Positions 52,004-62,175 of a stretch of DNA of 64,000 bases are shown here, one piece after another; within the stretch, counting starts at the first letter, position 1, and each line of letters begins with the position of its first letter. The notes under the pieces are model-generated. The model was not told where the DNA came from and did not search any database. It saw only the letters and a program-made list of their open reading frames with translations. The DNA lies in NCBI RefSeq assembly GCF_024700885.2, contig NZ_CP117016.1; one strand, written 5' to 3'. This DNA comes from Escherichia coli. GTDB lineage: Bacteria; Pseudomonadota; Gammaproteobacteria; Enterobacterales; Enterobacteriaceae. Position numbers and translations under genes: made by a program.

Positions 52004-53170
52004 ATGCTGGTACTGAAGCAGCAACTGAAAGAGGCCCGTATTCCACAGGCGGTGGTGGCGAGAGCTGTCGATGTTTCTGAGGCCACGCTGGCCCAGATTG
52101 TGAATCATAACGCGTGGCCCCGCACCAGCCCCGGAGAAGTGCGCCGGCGTCTTGCGTCCTGGCTGGAAAGTCAGGGGATTGATACAACGAAGAGTTTTGA
52201 TGCTGTACAGGGCGCGGCCACGCCCCGTACAGCGGGTACCACAGATAAAACGAGCCTCAGTGAGGAAGAGAATATGTTACTCAAAAAACAGGTGTTATTT
52301 CCAGCAACCAAAAAAGCGTTTGGTCTTTTCCGTGACCCGTTCGCCGACGAAGCCATGCAGGGTTCTGATGATGTGTTCACCACCCCGGATATTCGCTACG
52401 TGCGTGAGGCGTTGTACCAGACAGCCCGTCATGGTGGGTTTATGGCCGTCATCGGTGAGTCCGGTGCGGGTAAATCCACGCTGCGCCGCGACCTGACTGA
52501 ACGTATCAACCGCGAGAATGCGCCGGTAATTGTTATCGAGCCATACATCATCGCTATGGAAGACAACGATGTGAAAGGGAAAACCCTGAAGGCAGCAGCG
52601 ATTGCCGAAGCCATTATCAGTACCATCGCACCACTGGAAAGCATCAGACGCAGTCAGGACGCCCGCTTTCGCCAGTTGCATCGCGTCCTGAAAGACAGCA
52701 GCCAGGCGGGGTTCAGCCACGTTCTGGTGATTGAGGAGGCCCACAGTCTGCCCATTCCGACACTGAAACACCTCAAACGCTTTTTTGAGCTGGAGTCCGG
52801 TTTCAAAAAACTGCTGTCCATCGTGCTGATTGGCCAGCCGGAACTGGCGACAAAACTGTCTGAACGCAATATGGAAGTCCGTGAAGTCGTTCAGCGCTGT
52901 GAGGTGGTCGAACTTCTGCCTCTGGACAATAACCTTGAAGAGTTTCTGACGTTCAAACTGCAACGGGCCGGTAAACAACTGACGGACATTATGGACGCCA
53001 GCGCAGTGGATGCCATACGTGCCCGCCTGAGCAATCCGGGAAGTCATCGTAAAAATATGGTCAGCCTGCTGTATCCGCTGGCCGTCAGTAACCTGGTAAT
53101 AGCCGCCATGAATCTGGCCGCTGAAATCGGGGTTCCACAGGTCAACGCTGACGTTGTCAAAGGGGTTTAA
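52004..53170 (+). CDS. transposition ATPase (B-like, AAA+)
   Basis: Walker A GESGAGKST, Walker B VLVIEEAH; N-terminal HTH; start at MLVLKQQ with GGAGG Shine-Dalgarno. Confidence 0.75.
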   Translation: MLVLKQQLKEARIPQAVVARAVDVSEATLAQIVNHNAWPRTSPGEVRRRLASWLESQGIDTTKSFDAVQGAATPRTAGTTDKTSLSEEENMLLKKQVLFPATKKAFGLFRDPFADEAMQGSDDVFTTPDIRYVREALYQTARHGGFMAVIGESGAGKSTLRRDLTERINRENAPVIVIEPYIIAMEDNDVKGKTLKAAAIAEAIISTIAPLESIRRSQDARFRQLHRVLKDSSQAGFSHVLVIEEAHSLPIPTLKHLKRFFELESGFKKLLSIVLIGQPELATKLSERNMEVREVVQRCEVVELLPLDNNLEEFLTFKLQRAGKQLTDIMDASAVDAIRARLSNPGSHRKNMVSLLYPLAVSNLVIAAMNLAAEIGVPQVNADVVKGV

Positions 53171-53172
53171 TA

Positions 53173-53442
53173 ATGAAATCCACCACAGGTATCAACCAGC
53201 AAATCAGCAAAGTGCAGTCAGCCATTATGGCGCTTAAGGCGACGAACACGGATGTACAAAGCATCACCATCAGGGGTAACAAACCTGTCATCCGCGTTTC
53301 CCGGAGTGCGCATTGCATGCGCATGCTTGAGCAGGGAAAGGCCTGTTATCTGTATACCGGTCATGACCACAGGGGACATTTCCGTCAGGGCGTTTTCGAA
53401 CTGCACGGCTGTCGCGTCGTGTGGCCGGAATCTTTGTGGTAA
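53173..53442 (+). CDS. hypothetical early protein
   Basis: 89-aa ORF coupled to B. Confidence 0.4.
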   Translation: MKSTTGINQQISKVQSAIMALKATNTDVQSITIRGNKPVIRVSRSAHCMRMLEQGKACYLYTGHDHRGHFRQGVFELHGCRVVWPESLW

Positions 53443-53469
53443 TCAGCACAACAGGAGGAGTCATAAAAT

Positions 53470-54000
53470 ATGGCAAAAAGTACAAAAGGGGCAAAACGTA
53501 TCAAAGCCGCAGCAGCACTCTGGGTGCCGGGGACACGCGAAGAGGTCATTGAGGGAATCAGACTGCTTGGTGACGCGCAACGTGAACTGGTCAGGGCTGA
53601 AACAGAAATGAATGACACCATTGGCGACATCACTGCACGTTATGCCCCGCTCACCGAGAGCCTGAAAAAACGCATGGCCGAACTGCAGTCCGGTATCCAG
53701 ACATGGTGTGAGGCGCACCGTGATGAACTGACCGGCAACGGGAAGGTGAAGTTCGCTAACCTCACCACCGGCGAGGTGCAGTGGCGAAACCGTCCGCCGT
53801 CAGTCAGCATTCGCGGGGCGGATAATGTCATTGAACTGCTGAGACGTCTGGGGCTTGAGCGCTTTATTCGTGTAAAAGAGGAAATAAATAAAGACGCTAT
53901 CCTGAATGAAAAAGAGGCCGTGAAAAATATTCCCGGTATTTCCATTAAAAGCGACATTGAGGATTTTTCAATAATTCCTTTTGAGCAGGATGTGCAGTAA
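53470..54000 (+). CDS. gam: host-nuclease inhibitor Gam (Mu Gam-like)
   Basis: 176 aa with strong similarity to Mu Gam throughout, including C-terminal ...SIKSDIEDFSIIPFEQ. Confidence 0.85.
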   Translation: MAKSTKGAKRIKAAAALWVPGTREEVIEGIRLLGDAQRELVRAETEMNDTIGDITARYAPLTESLKKRMAELQSGIQTWCEAHRDELTGNGKVKFANLTTGEVQWRNRPPSVSIRGADNVIELLRRLGLERFIRVKEEINKDAILNEKEAVKNIPGISIKSDIEDFSIIPFEQDVQ

Positions 54001-54097
54001 ACACACCACGTTAATTATTTAATAAAAACATTTTCTTTTTTATTCCGACGTCAGCGCCGCGGGCTTCTGCACGCCGGAAACAGAGGAGAATTAAATC

Positions 54098-54292
54098 ATG
54101 ATATTTAAATGTATTCAGTGCGAGAGGGATATAACAGCCCTGCGTTTTCACAGCGCCATCGCCGTGATGTCCGGTAAATACCACATCCCTGCGGTACGCG
54201 TCACCCTGGTCTGCCCGTACTGCAGCCAGCATTTTTCGGCAGACGTGCCCGTCATGGAATTCTCCCGCCCTGACAGGGAGGACTCGCAATGA
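54098..54292 (+). CDS. small zinc-ribbon protein
   Basis: 64 aa with CIQC...CPYC. Confidence 0.4.
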   Translation: MIFKCIQCERDITALRFHSAIAVMSGKYHIPAVRVTLVCPYCSQHFSADVPVMEFSRPDREDSQ

Positions 54293-54561
54293 TTACCCCA
54301 CAGGAAGCACGACAGCGCACCCGAACCCTTGTTGAACACTATGTCAACGAGTGTGAATGCCGCGACCTCACCGATGTGAAGCACGTCCTGACGGCGCTAA
54401 TCAGCATGACCGCTCAAGCCATTGTGGCGACCAACGGAAAGGCGGCTGCCCTGCAGGTACTGGTGAACACACTAACCCACACGGCAGCGCATGAGGTGCC
54501 GTACCGGATGGAAACCACTGCAGAAGGCGGCCTGCACATCACCGTCAGCCGGAAGCACTGA
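54289..54561 (+). CDS. hypothetical early protein
   Basis: 90-aa ORF coupled to neighbours. Confidence 0.4.
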   Translation: MITPQEARQRTRTLVEHYVNECECRDLTDVKHVLTALISMTAQAIVATNGKAAALQVLVNTLTHTAAHEVPYRMETTAEGGLHITVSRKH

Positions 54562-54570
54562 GGGCGCGGC

Positions 54571-54867
54571 ATGACACGGAACACCATACTCACCCGCACC
54601 GCCCTCTACCGTCTGGCCCTGCAGCGTTTCGGGCCGGACGCACAGGCCCTGAAACTGACAGAAGAGGCCGCTGAACTGGCGGCCAGTGCTGCCCGCAATC
54701 TGAACGGACAGGGCAGCGAAAGCGACCTCGCGGCAGAGCTGGCAGACGTGGAAATCATGACAGAGCAATTGCGCCTTCAGGGGATGGACCGGCTGATTGA
54801 CTTCCACAAACAGAAAAAACTGGAACGTCTGGCTGCACGACTGGGCGTGATTTACACGAACGAGTAA
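54571..54867 (+). CDS. MazG-like nucleotide pyrophosphohydrolase-domain protein (putative)
   Basis: 98 aa; EEAAELA...ELADVEIM motifs typical of all-alpha NTP-PPase (MazG/HisE-like) folds. Confidence 0.45.
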   Translation: MTRNTILTRTALYRLALQRFGPDAQALKLTEEAAELAASAARNLNGQGSESDLAAELADVEIMTEQLRLQGMDRLIDFHKQKKLERLAARLGVIYTNE

Positions 54868-54881
54868 CCGGGAGGCATTCA

Positions 54882-55097
54882 ATGGCTGACATACTCAGGG
54901 AAATCACCGCATGGATACTGATTCTTACTGGCCTGGCGACATGCCTCAGTGCGGGGGCAGCCCTGGCTGCCCTGCTGATGCACATAACAACACAGTGGTT
55001 ATGGGAAAAGCTTAAAGCAGCATACAGCCTGAAAGAGCTGTCCGACGCTGTCCGGGCATGGAAACGGCAGAAAAATACCGGAGATACAGAACAATGA
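54882..55097 (+). CDS. small membrane protein
   Basis: 71 aa with N-terminal TM helix. Confidence 0.35.
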   Translation: MADILREITAWILILTGLATCLSAGAALAALLMHITTQWLWEKLKAAYSLKELSDAVRAWKRQKNTGDTEQ

Positions 55098-55777
55098 CAG
55101 ACCAGAATAAACACATTGAGAAACTGAAAAAGTTGCTGGCGCTGGCCGCATCCGGCAACCCGCACGAGGCCGCTCTGGCACTGTGCCGAGCCCGTAAACT
55201 GATGGATGTTCACGGCATCACACATTCCGACATTGCTATGAGTGATATTGATGAAACCATCAGTCACTACTGGCCGACAGGCAGTCTCCGTCCACCGCGC
55301 TACATGCTGGGCCTGATGAACATCATCCGCGAGGTATTTGGTGTTAACTCCATCATTCACCCCGGCACGCATCCGTCTGTGGGGTTCTACGGCAACCGGG
55401 AACGTGCGGCACTGGCTGCATACACCTGGGAAGTGCTGGCCCGTCAGCTGAAAAAGGCGCGTCAGCAGTATATCAGTGCACAGAACAAAAGAATAAAAAC
55501 CGCCACCCGCACCAGCCGTGGAGACCAGTTTGCCGAAGGCTGGGTGCTGGCCGTTATCAGTGAAATACAGTCCTTTGCCCTGACCGATGATGAGCGTGAA
55601 CTGATGCAGCAGTGGCTGGAACATAAATACCCGCAGACGCAAACCACCAGGGCGCGTAAACCGGGAAGAAGCCGCAATGGCGACGCCTCGCGCTATGCGG
55701 GGTTTCGTGAAGGGCAGAACGTCAGACTGCACCGCCCGGTCAGTGGGCAGGAACAACAGAAACTGGAGGCCAGATGA
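55094..55777 (+). CDS. hypothetical early protein (DUF2786-like)
   Basis: ~228 aa from MTDQNKH; family assignment from memory. Confidence 0.45.
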   Translation: MTDQNKHIEKLKKLLALAASGNPHEAALALCRARKLMDVHGITHSDIAMSDIDETISHYWPTGSLRPPRYMLGLMNIIREVFGVNSIIHPGTHPSVGFYGNRERAALAAYTWEVLARQLKKARQQYISAQNKRIKTATRTSRGDQFAEGWVLAVISEIQSFALTDDERELMQQWLEHKYPQTQTTRARKPGRSRNGDASRYAGFREGQNVRLHRPVSGQEQQKLEAR

Positions 55778-56004
55778 TTACGCTATCAGGTAAAAGCCGG
55801 AAATTAAAAGCCTGCCGAATATCTGCCAGATACCTTTTTGCCCGCGCCTTTTTTAAGAACGTCAGGCCGGGGATCACAATTGGTGTTATTGCCGGACGCG
55901 AACAGGTTGAAAAATACATGTCAGGTGCATGGTGGAATAACGACCCTGTCATTGCTGCCCGTAATATTCATATCGAATGGGGAGGTATTCAGAATGACTA
56001 CTGA
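55774..56004 (+). CDS. hypothetical small protein
   Basis: 76-aa ORF overlapping neighbours by 4 bp. Confidence 0.3.
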   Translation: MITLSGKSRKLKACRISARYLFARAFFKNVRPGITIGVIAGREQVEKYMSGAWWNNDPVIAARNIHIEWGGIQNDY

Positions 56005-56200
56005 AACCATTGTCTGTTTTCTTTTCTGGTATATGTACGCAGGATCATGCAGCGCAAGACTTCATCGTTCCCTGGGCTATGGCAGGCACTACGACACCGC
56101 GCATTACATCCTGTACATGACCGCCGTCATGTTGTTCTGGCCAGTCACCCTGCCAGCTGCAACCGACATTGTTGCCGACAGACTGAAAAAAAGGAGATGA
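55994..56200 (+). CDS. small membrane protein
   Basis: 68 aa from MTTETIV with GGAGG Shine-Dalgarno; two hydrophobic helices. Confidence 0.35.
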   Translation: MTTETIVCFLFWYMYAGSCSARLHRSLGYGRHYDTAHYILYMTAVMLFWPVTLPAATDIVADRLKKRR

Positions 56201-56201
56201 T

Positions 56202-56651
56202 ATGCAGAAAAAACGCCTGATACAGCTTATCCATATTGCCCGTAATGAACTGGGTATGGATGAAGACACCTACCGCCAGATGTTACAGGGGCTGACCGGT
56301 AAAGCCTCAACCAAAGGAATGGATACCACACAACTAAACTGCGTGCTGGAATCCATGAAAAAGAAAGGCTTTCGCGTTAAACCAGCCAGAAAAGCCAGCT
56401 CCGGTTTACCGCTGGATAACCATCCGCAGTCCAGGAAAATTCGTGCGCTATGGCTTGAAATGGCTGCTGCCGGCATTGTTCGTGACCGTTCAGAAAATGC
56501 ATTAGCGAGGTGGATCAAGCGGGAAACGGGCATCAGCGCCCTGCGCTGGCTCAGTACTGAACAGGCAAGCAGTGTTATTGAGAAACTGAAGAAGTGGCAG
56601 CGCAGAGCTGCGGGAGTCAAACATGAGCGACCTGAATCAGTTTCGAAGTAA
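56202..56651 (+). CDS. GemA-like regulatory protein (Mu gp16-like)
   Basis: 149 aa; position just before Mor. Confidence 0.55.
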   Translation: MQKKRLIQLIHIARNELGMDEDTYRQMLQGLTGKASTKGMDTTQLNCVLESMKKKGFRVKPARKASSGLPLDNHPQSRKIRALWLEMAAAGIVRDRSENALARWIKRETGISALRWLSTEQASSVIEKLKKWQRRAAGVKHERPESVSK

Positions 56652-57012
56652 GGGGCCGGAACTCCTGGTGGAACTGGCACAGCATACCTCTGAGACCGTT
56701 CGCGAGATTATTGATATTGAGCCCGAAGTTGCCGACCAGATTGGTCAGGCCGTCGCGAACCGAATGATGCAGGTCTGGGGCGGGCAAAACGTTTATTTCC
56801 CGATGGGCATGGTATGGAAGGTCAGTCAGCGCGACCGGGAAATCTTCAGGGAGTTTAACGGACGCAACCACCACGAACTGGCCCGCAAATTTGGTGTTTC
56901 GCTTCAGTGGGTCTACAGCGTGGTTAAGCGGGTAAGAAAAGAAGAACTGGATCGGATGCAGGGCAAGCTATTTGCTGATGAACCCGATGCAGATACGGAG
57001 AAAAAAGAGTAA
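56623..57012 (+). CDS. Mor/C-family transcriptional activator
   Basis: 129 aa; C-terminal HTH; last gene of the early operon. Confidence 0.65.
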   Translation: MSDLNQFRSKGPELLVELAQHTSETVREIIDIEPEVADQIGQAVANRMMQVWGGQNVYFPMGMVWKVSQRDREIFREFNGRNHHELARKFGVSLQWVYSVVKRVRKEELDRMQGKLFADEPDADTEKKE

Positions 57013-57041
57013 TATCTGCAATCAGGCTGGCGCGAGTTCTG

Positions 57042-57098
<57 letters not shown>

Positions 57099-57099
57099 A

Positions 57100-57174
<75 letters not shown>

Positions 57175-57363
57175 GTGAACTTTCTCGTGGAAAAATACGC
57201 GCTGGTGCGTACCGACCAGCCGGGATTCAGCGCCTGTACCCGCTCTCAGTTAATAAACAGCATCGATATCCTCCGGGCTCGCAGGGCGACCGGCCTGATG
57301 ACCCGCGACAATTACAGAACGGTAAATAACATTACCCTGGGTAAGTATCCGGAGGCGAAATGA
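57175..57363 (+). pseudogene. cbtA: cbtA (yeeV) toxin, 3' fragment
   Basis: Encodes (V)NFLVEKYALVRTDQPGF...GKYPEAK, the C-terminal half of CbtA; begins at the duplicated GTGAAC. Confidence 0.8.
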
Positions 57364-57554
57364 TGACACTGGAAGCCGACAGCGTTAACGTACAGGCGCT
57401 GGATATGGGGCACATTGTCGTTGACATTGATGGTGTTAATATCACTGAACTGATTAATAAGGCCGCTGAAAACGGTTATTCACTCCGCGTGGTGGATGAC
57501 CGTGACTCTACCGAAACACCGGCAACTTATGCCAGCCCTCACCAGTTGCTGTAA
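57360..57554 (+). CDS. yeeW: YeeW-like small protein
   Basis: 64 aa immediately downstream of cbtA. Confidence 0.55.
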   Translation: MMTLEADSVNVQALDMGHIVVDIDGVNITELINKAAENGYSLRVVDDRDSTETPATYASPHQLL

Positions 57555-57838
57555 GACAATGCAGTGATACAGGGTATAGTGCCATTAACCACAGAAACAG
57601 CACTGTTGTCCTGTATTAAGCAGGCAAGAGAAGATGTCCTTACCCTGCGCCATCTGCAGCTTCTGAACCAGAACCGGTGAATCTCACTCAACAGGCTTCA
57701 TTTCTCCTGACGCCAGCCTGAATACAGCTGGCGTTTTCATTTATAAACAGAAAGGAAAACCGATAATAATGGAATGGACGCCCCGACCATGAAGCAACGG
57801 TAGGATATTACTGATAAACCTTCCAGTGGAGGTGCGTT

Positions 57839-57919
57839 ATGGCCGTTTTAACGATTAGCATTGACCTGACAAAAAATGAATTCCAAATCCACGGTCTGGG
57901 TAGGAACAGAAAAATCTAA
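57839..57919 (+). pseudogene. IS transposase N-terminal remnant (yoeD-like)
   Basis: 26-codon ORF MAVLTISIDLTKNEFQIHGL resembling an IS110-type N-terminus. Confidence 0.3.
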
Positions 57920-57994
57920 GCTCAGAAAACGGATTAAAGTAAGCGTCAACGGAGCACCGTATTGACGCTTATTTATTGGTGAGAACTACGTTCC

Positions 57995-58351
57995 ATGGCA
58001 GGAGTTCGTCAACACGGTTGGAGGGCCATTCCGGCAGTATGCTCAGAATATGGCGCAGATACGCTTCCGGATCGATACCGTTCAGACGGCAGGTGCCTGC
58101 TTTTCTGGCAACAAGCAGGAATCTCAGCGCTGAAGCAGGAATTAGAGGTAAAAACGCCCTACCGGGCCATGAATCACCCGGTCATTGGAGTAGTAACCAA
58201 AGCAGATTTAGCCAGCATGGAACAAATATCTTTGGTGAAAAGTTGGTTACGGGAAGCTGGAGCGCACAACGTGTTAGTAACCAGTGCAGTTAATAACAAT
58301 GGAGTTACAGAACTTTTTGCCTTGCTGCATACAGAAGAAGGTTGTTGTTAA
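57995..58351 (+). pseudogene. EutP/PduV-type GTPase C-terminal fragment (yoeF-like)
   Basis: ...VIGVVTKADLAS...VLVTSAVNNNGVTELFALL resembles the C-terminus of EutP/PduV; no intact N-terminal P-loop. Confidence 0.45.
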
Positions 58352-58451
58352 TTTCGATTGGTTCTCGGATGAGAATGATGACGGTGATACACAGATAAGA
58401 ATCAATGAGCAATGAGGGTTGCCGGGCAACCCTCATTGAATAAAACGGGAA

Positions 58452-58781
58452 TTACTTCGCTTCGCCGTTTTTCATTTCGCCCATAGCTTTCAGCTTTTTG
58501 GAGATATCGCGGCGTTCTTTGGAGAGCTCGGCATTTTTGATGATGTAATCGTCAACGCGATCTTCATAGTCACCTTTCATGCTGGCGATGATGCCCTGGA
58601 TTGCTTCAACGCTCATCCCCGGCTTGATGTAATCGCTCAGGTTGTCCAGCAGCAGGACGCGCTTCTGGTTGTCACGGATCTTTTTCTCAACGTCCTGAAT
58701 TTCACGTTGCAGTTTGTTCTTACGACGGAACAGACGAACAAATTCCAGTACGTCCTGGAATGAAGGCTTGGTAGTTTCCAT
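58452..58781 (-). CDS. yeeX: YeeX (DUF496)
   Basis: 109 aa from METTKPSF; conserved locus. Confidence 0.8.
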   Translation of the reverse strand: METTKPSFQDVLEFVRLFRRKNKLQREIQDVEKKIRDNQKRVLLLDNLSDYIKPGMSVEAIQGIIASMKGDYEDRVDDYIIKNAELSKERRDISKKLKAMGEMKNGEAK

Positions 58782-58952
58782 TTTTATACCCCTGATAATG
58801 TGAGAGTCGGATTCGTTTAAGCAACCGCTATTCGTTAGGGCCAACATTACTCATAGCTGCCGCAGATGACAATGCTTTTATCCCTTTTCACTATCATACC
58901 CTTTATCCTTGCTGAATCGAAGCAGCAGCAAGATGATTCTGAAGTTCAGGAA

Positions 58953-60011
58953 TTATTTGCGCAAGGCCCGGCAAATCAGATTCGATAGCAACTCAAGCTG
59001 ATGCGCCGTTTCCATGTTCAGCCACACATAACCATAGATTGGTGTTTCCACAACCTTCAGGTCATGGTGGTTATTGAGCAACTGACGCAGCTCTTCCACA
59101 GCATCGTTCAATTTTTCCGTATTGGCAAAAACCGGCTGCGGATTACCTTCGTACAGCGCATGAACAAGGCTCAGCAGTATTTGCTGCATCATGTGCTGGG
59201 TATCACGAAGTTTTTGCGCGTTCAATAACACGAAATGGCTGGGGCGCGTGGCCCAGTATGCATTGATTTGCAACTCCAGCATACAAACCAGATTGCGGTT
59301 AATGGTCTGGATACCTTCATATATCGATTTTGGAATACGGGTTTCTTTGCTGGCGGGCGCAATCAGTCCACGCATTTTCACGGCATCGGTCAGGAGTTTT
59401 TGTAGATGGCTTTCCAGACGTGGGCGTTCGAGTAAGTTCGGTGAGAATGCAGATTGATAGACCCGATTATACTCGGTCAGACTTTTCGCCAGTTGAATGC
59501 GCCAGTGGATGAACGCCCGTTGTGGCCAGATACCGGTAAACAACATTGCCAGTAAAGAGCCGAGGATCACATCGCCGCTTCGCCATAACGCCGTATCAAT
59601 TTCACCTGTCGGGGAACCCACAACAATTGCCAGCGTCACCCCAATCAATAAACCTTGATACGGTTTCTTGCCCAGCGCCAGCCAACCGCAAAGGAACATG
59701 GCCGCCGCGCACCAGACTAACATCAGCGGTAACGAGATTAACTCCAGTTGCAGAGCGATAAGACCTAAAATCGAACCCAACACCGTACCGCCAATACGCT
59801 CAAAGGCGCGAGGGACAACGTTACCCCAGAACGAGATTGGCCCCATAATCACCACCATGGTGACCAGCGGCCAGGTGCTTTCCGGGATAGTAAACAGGCG
59901 GATAATGAGAAAAGTGAGCAGGAATGCCAGCGCGACCCGAGTACCATGCACAATGCGGTAATGGCGGTATACCCGGATTTCAAACGGGCTTAATGACTTA
60001 TCGGCACGCAC
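58953..60011 (-). CDS. yeeA: YeeA inner membrane protein
   Basis: 352 aa, multi-TM; conserved locus. Confidence 0.8.
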   Translation of the reverse strand: MRADKSLSPFEIRVYRHYRIVHGTRVALAFLLTFLIIRLFTIPESTWPLVTMVVIMGPISFWGNVVPRAFERIGGTVLGSILGLIALQLELISLPLMLVWCAAAMFLCGWLALGKKPYQGLLIGVTLAIVVGSPTGEIDTALWRSGDVILGSLLAMLFTGIWPQRAFIHWRIQLAKSLTEYNRVYQSAFSPNLLERPRLESHLQKLLTDAVKMRGLIAPASKETRIPKSIYEGIQTINRNLVCMLELQINAYWATRPSHFVLLNAQKLRDTQHMMQQILLSLVHALYEGNPQPVFANTEKLNDAVEELRQLLNNHHDLKVVETPIYGYVWLNMETAHQLELLSNLICRALRK

Positions 60012-60208
60012 GCAGAAACTCCGTAATGAGATTAAAAGCGCTCATAACTCATCTGTCGGCCAGAAGGCGCGCCTCTGAATTATCCGACGGACAAACCGGG
60101 AACAGTGTAATTTCCCGGCAGGAGCGAAAAAATTGAAAGGCGCATCTTACTCTTTTCGCTTTCAAAAAAAAGAGTGGTCATCGCGTTAACACACCGCCCT
60201 GAGATGAA

Positions 60209-60682
60209 TTAGTGATGTTTTGGCTGCACCGCAACATACATTTCGATATCCCAGTACCCATCTTCCGCGCCATTGTTCAAATAAACCTCGAAGCAGGGCT
60301 TTGGTAACATTTCATAAGCACTGTCCTGCAAGAGACTATTAAAGAACTGATACCAGGGTTTAGCAAAATCATCACCGACTACACGAGCTACCGCCACCGC
60401 ATACTGACCACCTGTAATTTCTGTCAGAATGACGCCCTCACTGTTTTCGGGAAGCGTAAAGTAACCCGGCACCGTCACGACGGTGTCGCAGCGTAATTTT
60501 TCGGCGGGTGTTTCATCTGGATTGTCGTAATAGACAGCAACCCACTCCTTCGGCACAATATTTTTGCTATCTACCCACATCATCAACTGCTCAAAGCCTT
60601 TCTTTACCGTCTGTTCCCACGGGCCAACGAGATGGAAACCTGCAACGGTACGTTTCTCTTCCTGCTTAATCTCGTAGTTCAT
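60209..60682 (-). CDS. sbmC: DNA gyrase inhibitor SbmC (GyrI)
   Basis: 157 aa matching SbmC. Confidence 0.9.
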   Translation of the reverse strand: MNYEIKQEEKRTVAGFHLVGPWEQTVKKGFEQLMMWVDSKNIVPKEWVAVYYDNPDETPAEKLRCDTVVTVPGYFTLPENSEGVILTEITGGQYAVAVARVVGDDFAKPWYQFFNSLLQDSAYEMLPKPCFEVYLNNGAEDGYWDIEMYVAVQPKHH

Positions 60683-60800
60683 GACGCCTCCATTGATACT
60701 GTTTTTATATACAGTATAGTTGCAAAATTAAAACCACAAGGAATGAGTGTTGATTATGCGAGCAGACTCGCACTCCTGCCAGTCTGCTGCAAAAGAAAGG

Positions 60801-61973
60801 TCAGGCCTTATGGTGGAAATAATCACTCAGGCGAGAAAACATGCTGCCTTCCCCGACAGATTCCAGGGTAACCAGCGGCCAGTGCGCCACCTGTTTATCA
60901 CGGTCGTAAAGTTCAATTTCCCCTACCCGCTGATGGGCGCTAATTGGCGCGGTGAGTTCTTTACCATCAAGGGTATATTTGGCTTTGATATGTGGAATTT
61001 CGGCTTTCGGTAGCACCATCCAGAACTCTTGTTCCGTTCCCAGGTCGATATTTTCTTTATCGCCATACCAGATGCGTTCCGTTCCGACCTTTTTCCCACG
61101 GTGCAAAATTTGCACCGTAGTAAAGTTTTGTTGCCCCCAACGCAGTAATTTTCTTGCCTCTTCCTCACGACCTTTTGCACTGTCAGCCCCCATTACCACT
61201 GCAATGAGACGACGCTGCCCATCTACAGCCGAAGCAATGAGATTAAACCCGGCACCAGAAGTATGACCCGTTTTCAGGCCGTCAACATTCATGGTTTTAT
61301 CCCACAACAACCCGTTACGGTTTTGCTGGGTGATACCGTTCCAGGTGAGACTTTTCTCACTGTACATATGATAAAACTCGGGCTCGCCGTGGATGATAGC
61401 ACGAGAAAGCACAACTAAATCATAAGCCGAGCTATGCTGGCCAGGTGCATCCAGACCATGCACTGTTTCAAAATGCGTATCCTTGAGATGCAGCTTCTCG
61501 GCATAGTTGTTCATCATTTCAACAAACTGCCGTTGCCCACCGGCAATATAGTCAGCCAGAGCAACACAAGCGTCATTTCCGGAATCCACAATTAAACCAC
61601 GGCTTAAATCACGTACCGATACGCGATCGCCCTCTTTCAAAAACATCAGTGAAGAACCGACAAACACCGGATTATCTTTCGCCCACGCATCGCGCCCCAC
61701 GGTGACAATATCGTCTGGCGTAATGCGATGACTATCGATAGCGCGATCCACGACATAACCCGTCATCAGCTTTGTCAGGCTGGCGGGATTGCGCTGTTGA
61801 TGCTCATTACCCGCGGTGAGGATCTGACCGGTGGTGTAATCCATCAATACCCAGGACCCGGCATGAATCTCTGGAGGCTGAGGTGAAAAAGGAATGTTTT
61901 CCGCCGCAAAACCAGACGATAAGTTAAAAACGAACAAAGAAGCAGCAATAATAAGACGGCGTTTCAACAGCAA
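60801..61973 (-). CDS. dacD: D-alanyl-D-alanine carboxypeptidase DacD (PBP6b)
   Basis: Signal peptide, SxxK (ASLTK), SGN, KTG motifs. Confidence 0.9.
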   Translation of the reverse strand: MLLKRRLIIAASLFVFNLSSGFAAENIPFSPQPPEIHAGSWVLMDYTTGQILTAGNEHQQRNPASLTKLMTGYVVDRAIDSHRITPDDIVTVGRDAWAKDNPVFVGSSLMFLKEGDRVSVRDLSRGLIVDSGNDACVALADYIAGGQRQFVEMMNNYAEKLHLKDTHFETVHGLDAPGQHSSAYDLVVLSRAIIHGEPEFYHMYSEKSLTWNGITQQNRNGLLWDKTMNVDGLKTGHTSGAGFNLIASAVDGQRRLIAVVMGADSAKGREEEARKLLRWGQQNFTTVQILHRGKKVGTERIWYGDKENIDLGTEQEFWMVLPKAEIPHIKAKYTLDGKELTAPISAHQRVGEIELYDRDKQVAHWPLVTLESVGEGSMFSRLSDYFHHKA

Positions 61974-62175
61974 ACCCTCAGGAGTTTCAAATAGCTGTTC
62001 TTTTTACGGAAATACTTATGAACTGGCTGGAATAAAGTGCAAGAAAATGTGACTACCCTCTCATTTTTATCTGACATGATCTGTTGCCACTCGCTGCCAA
62101 ATTGTGGCGCTAAAGCTGATTAGCACGGTGATATTTGATACTCTGGCAGACAGCAGAAATAACGGATTTAACCTA

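Noticed and set aside
52295..53047. Minus-strand 250-aa ORF
   Set aside because: Antisense to the B ATPase gene, which has clear Walker motifs.
54755..55756. Minus-strand 333-aa ORF
   Set aside because: Antisense across several co-directional early genes with good coupling; judged spurious.
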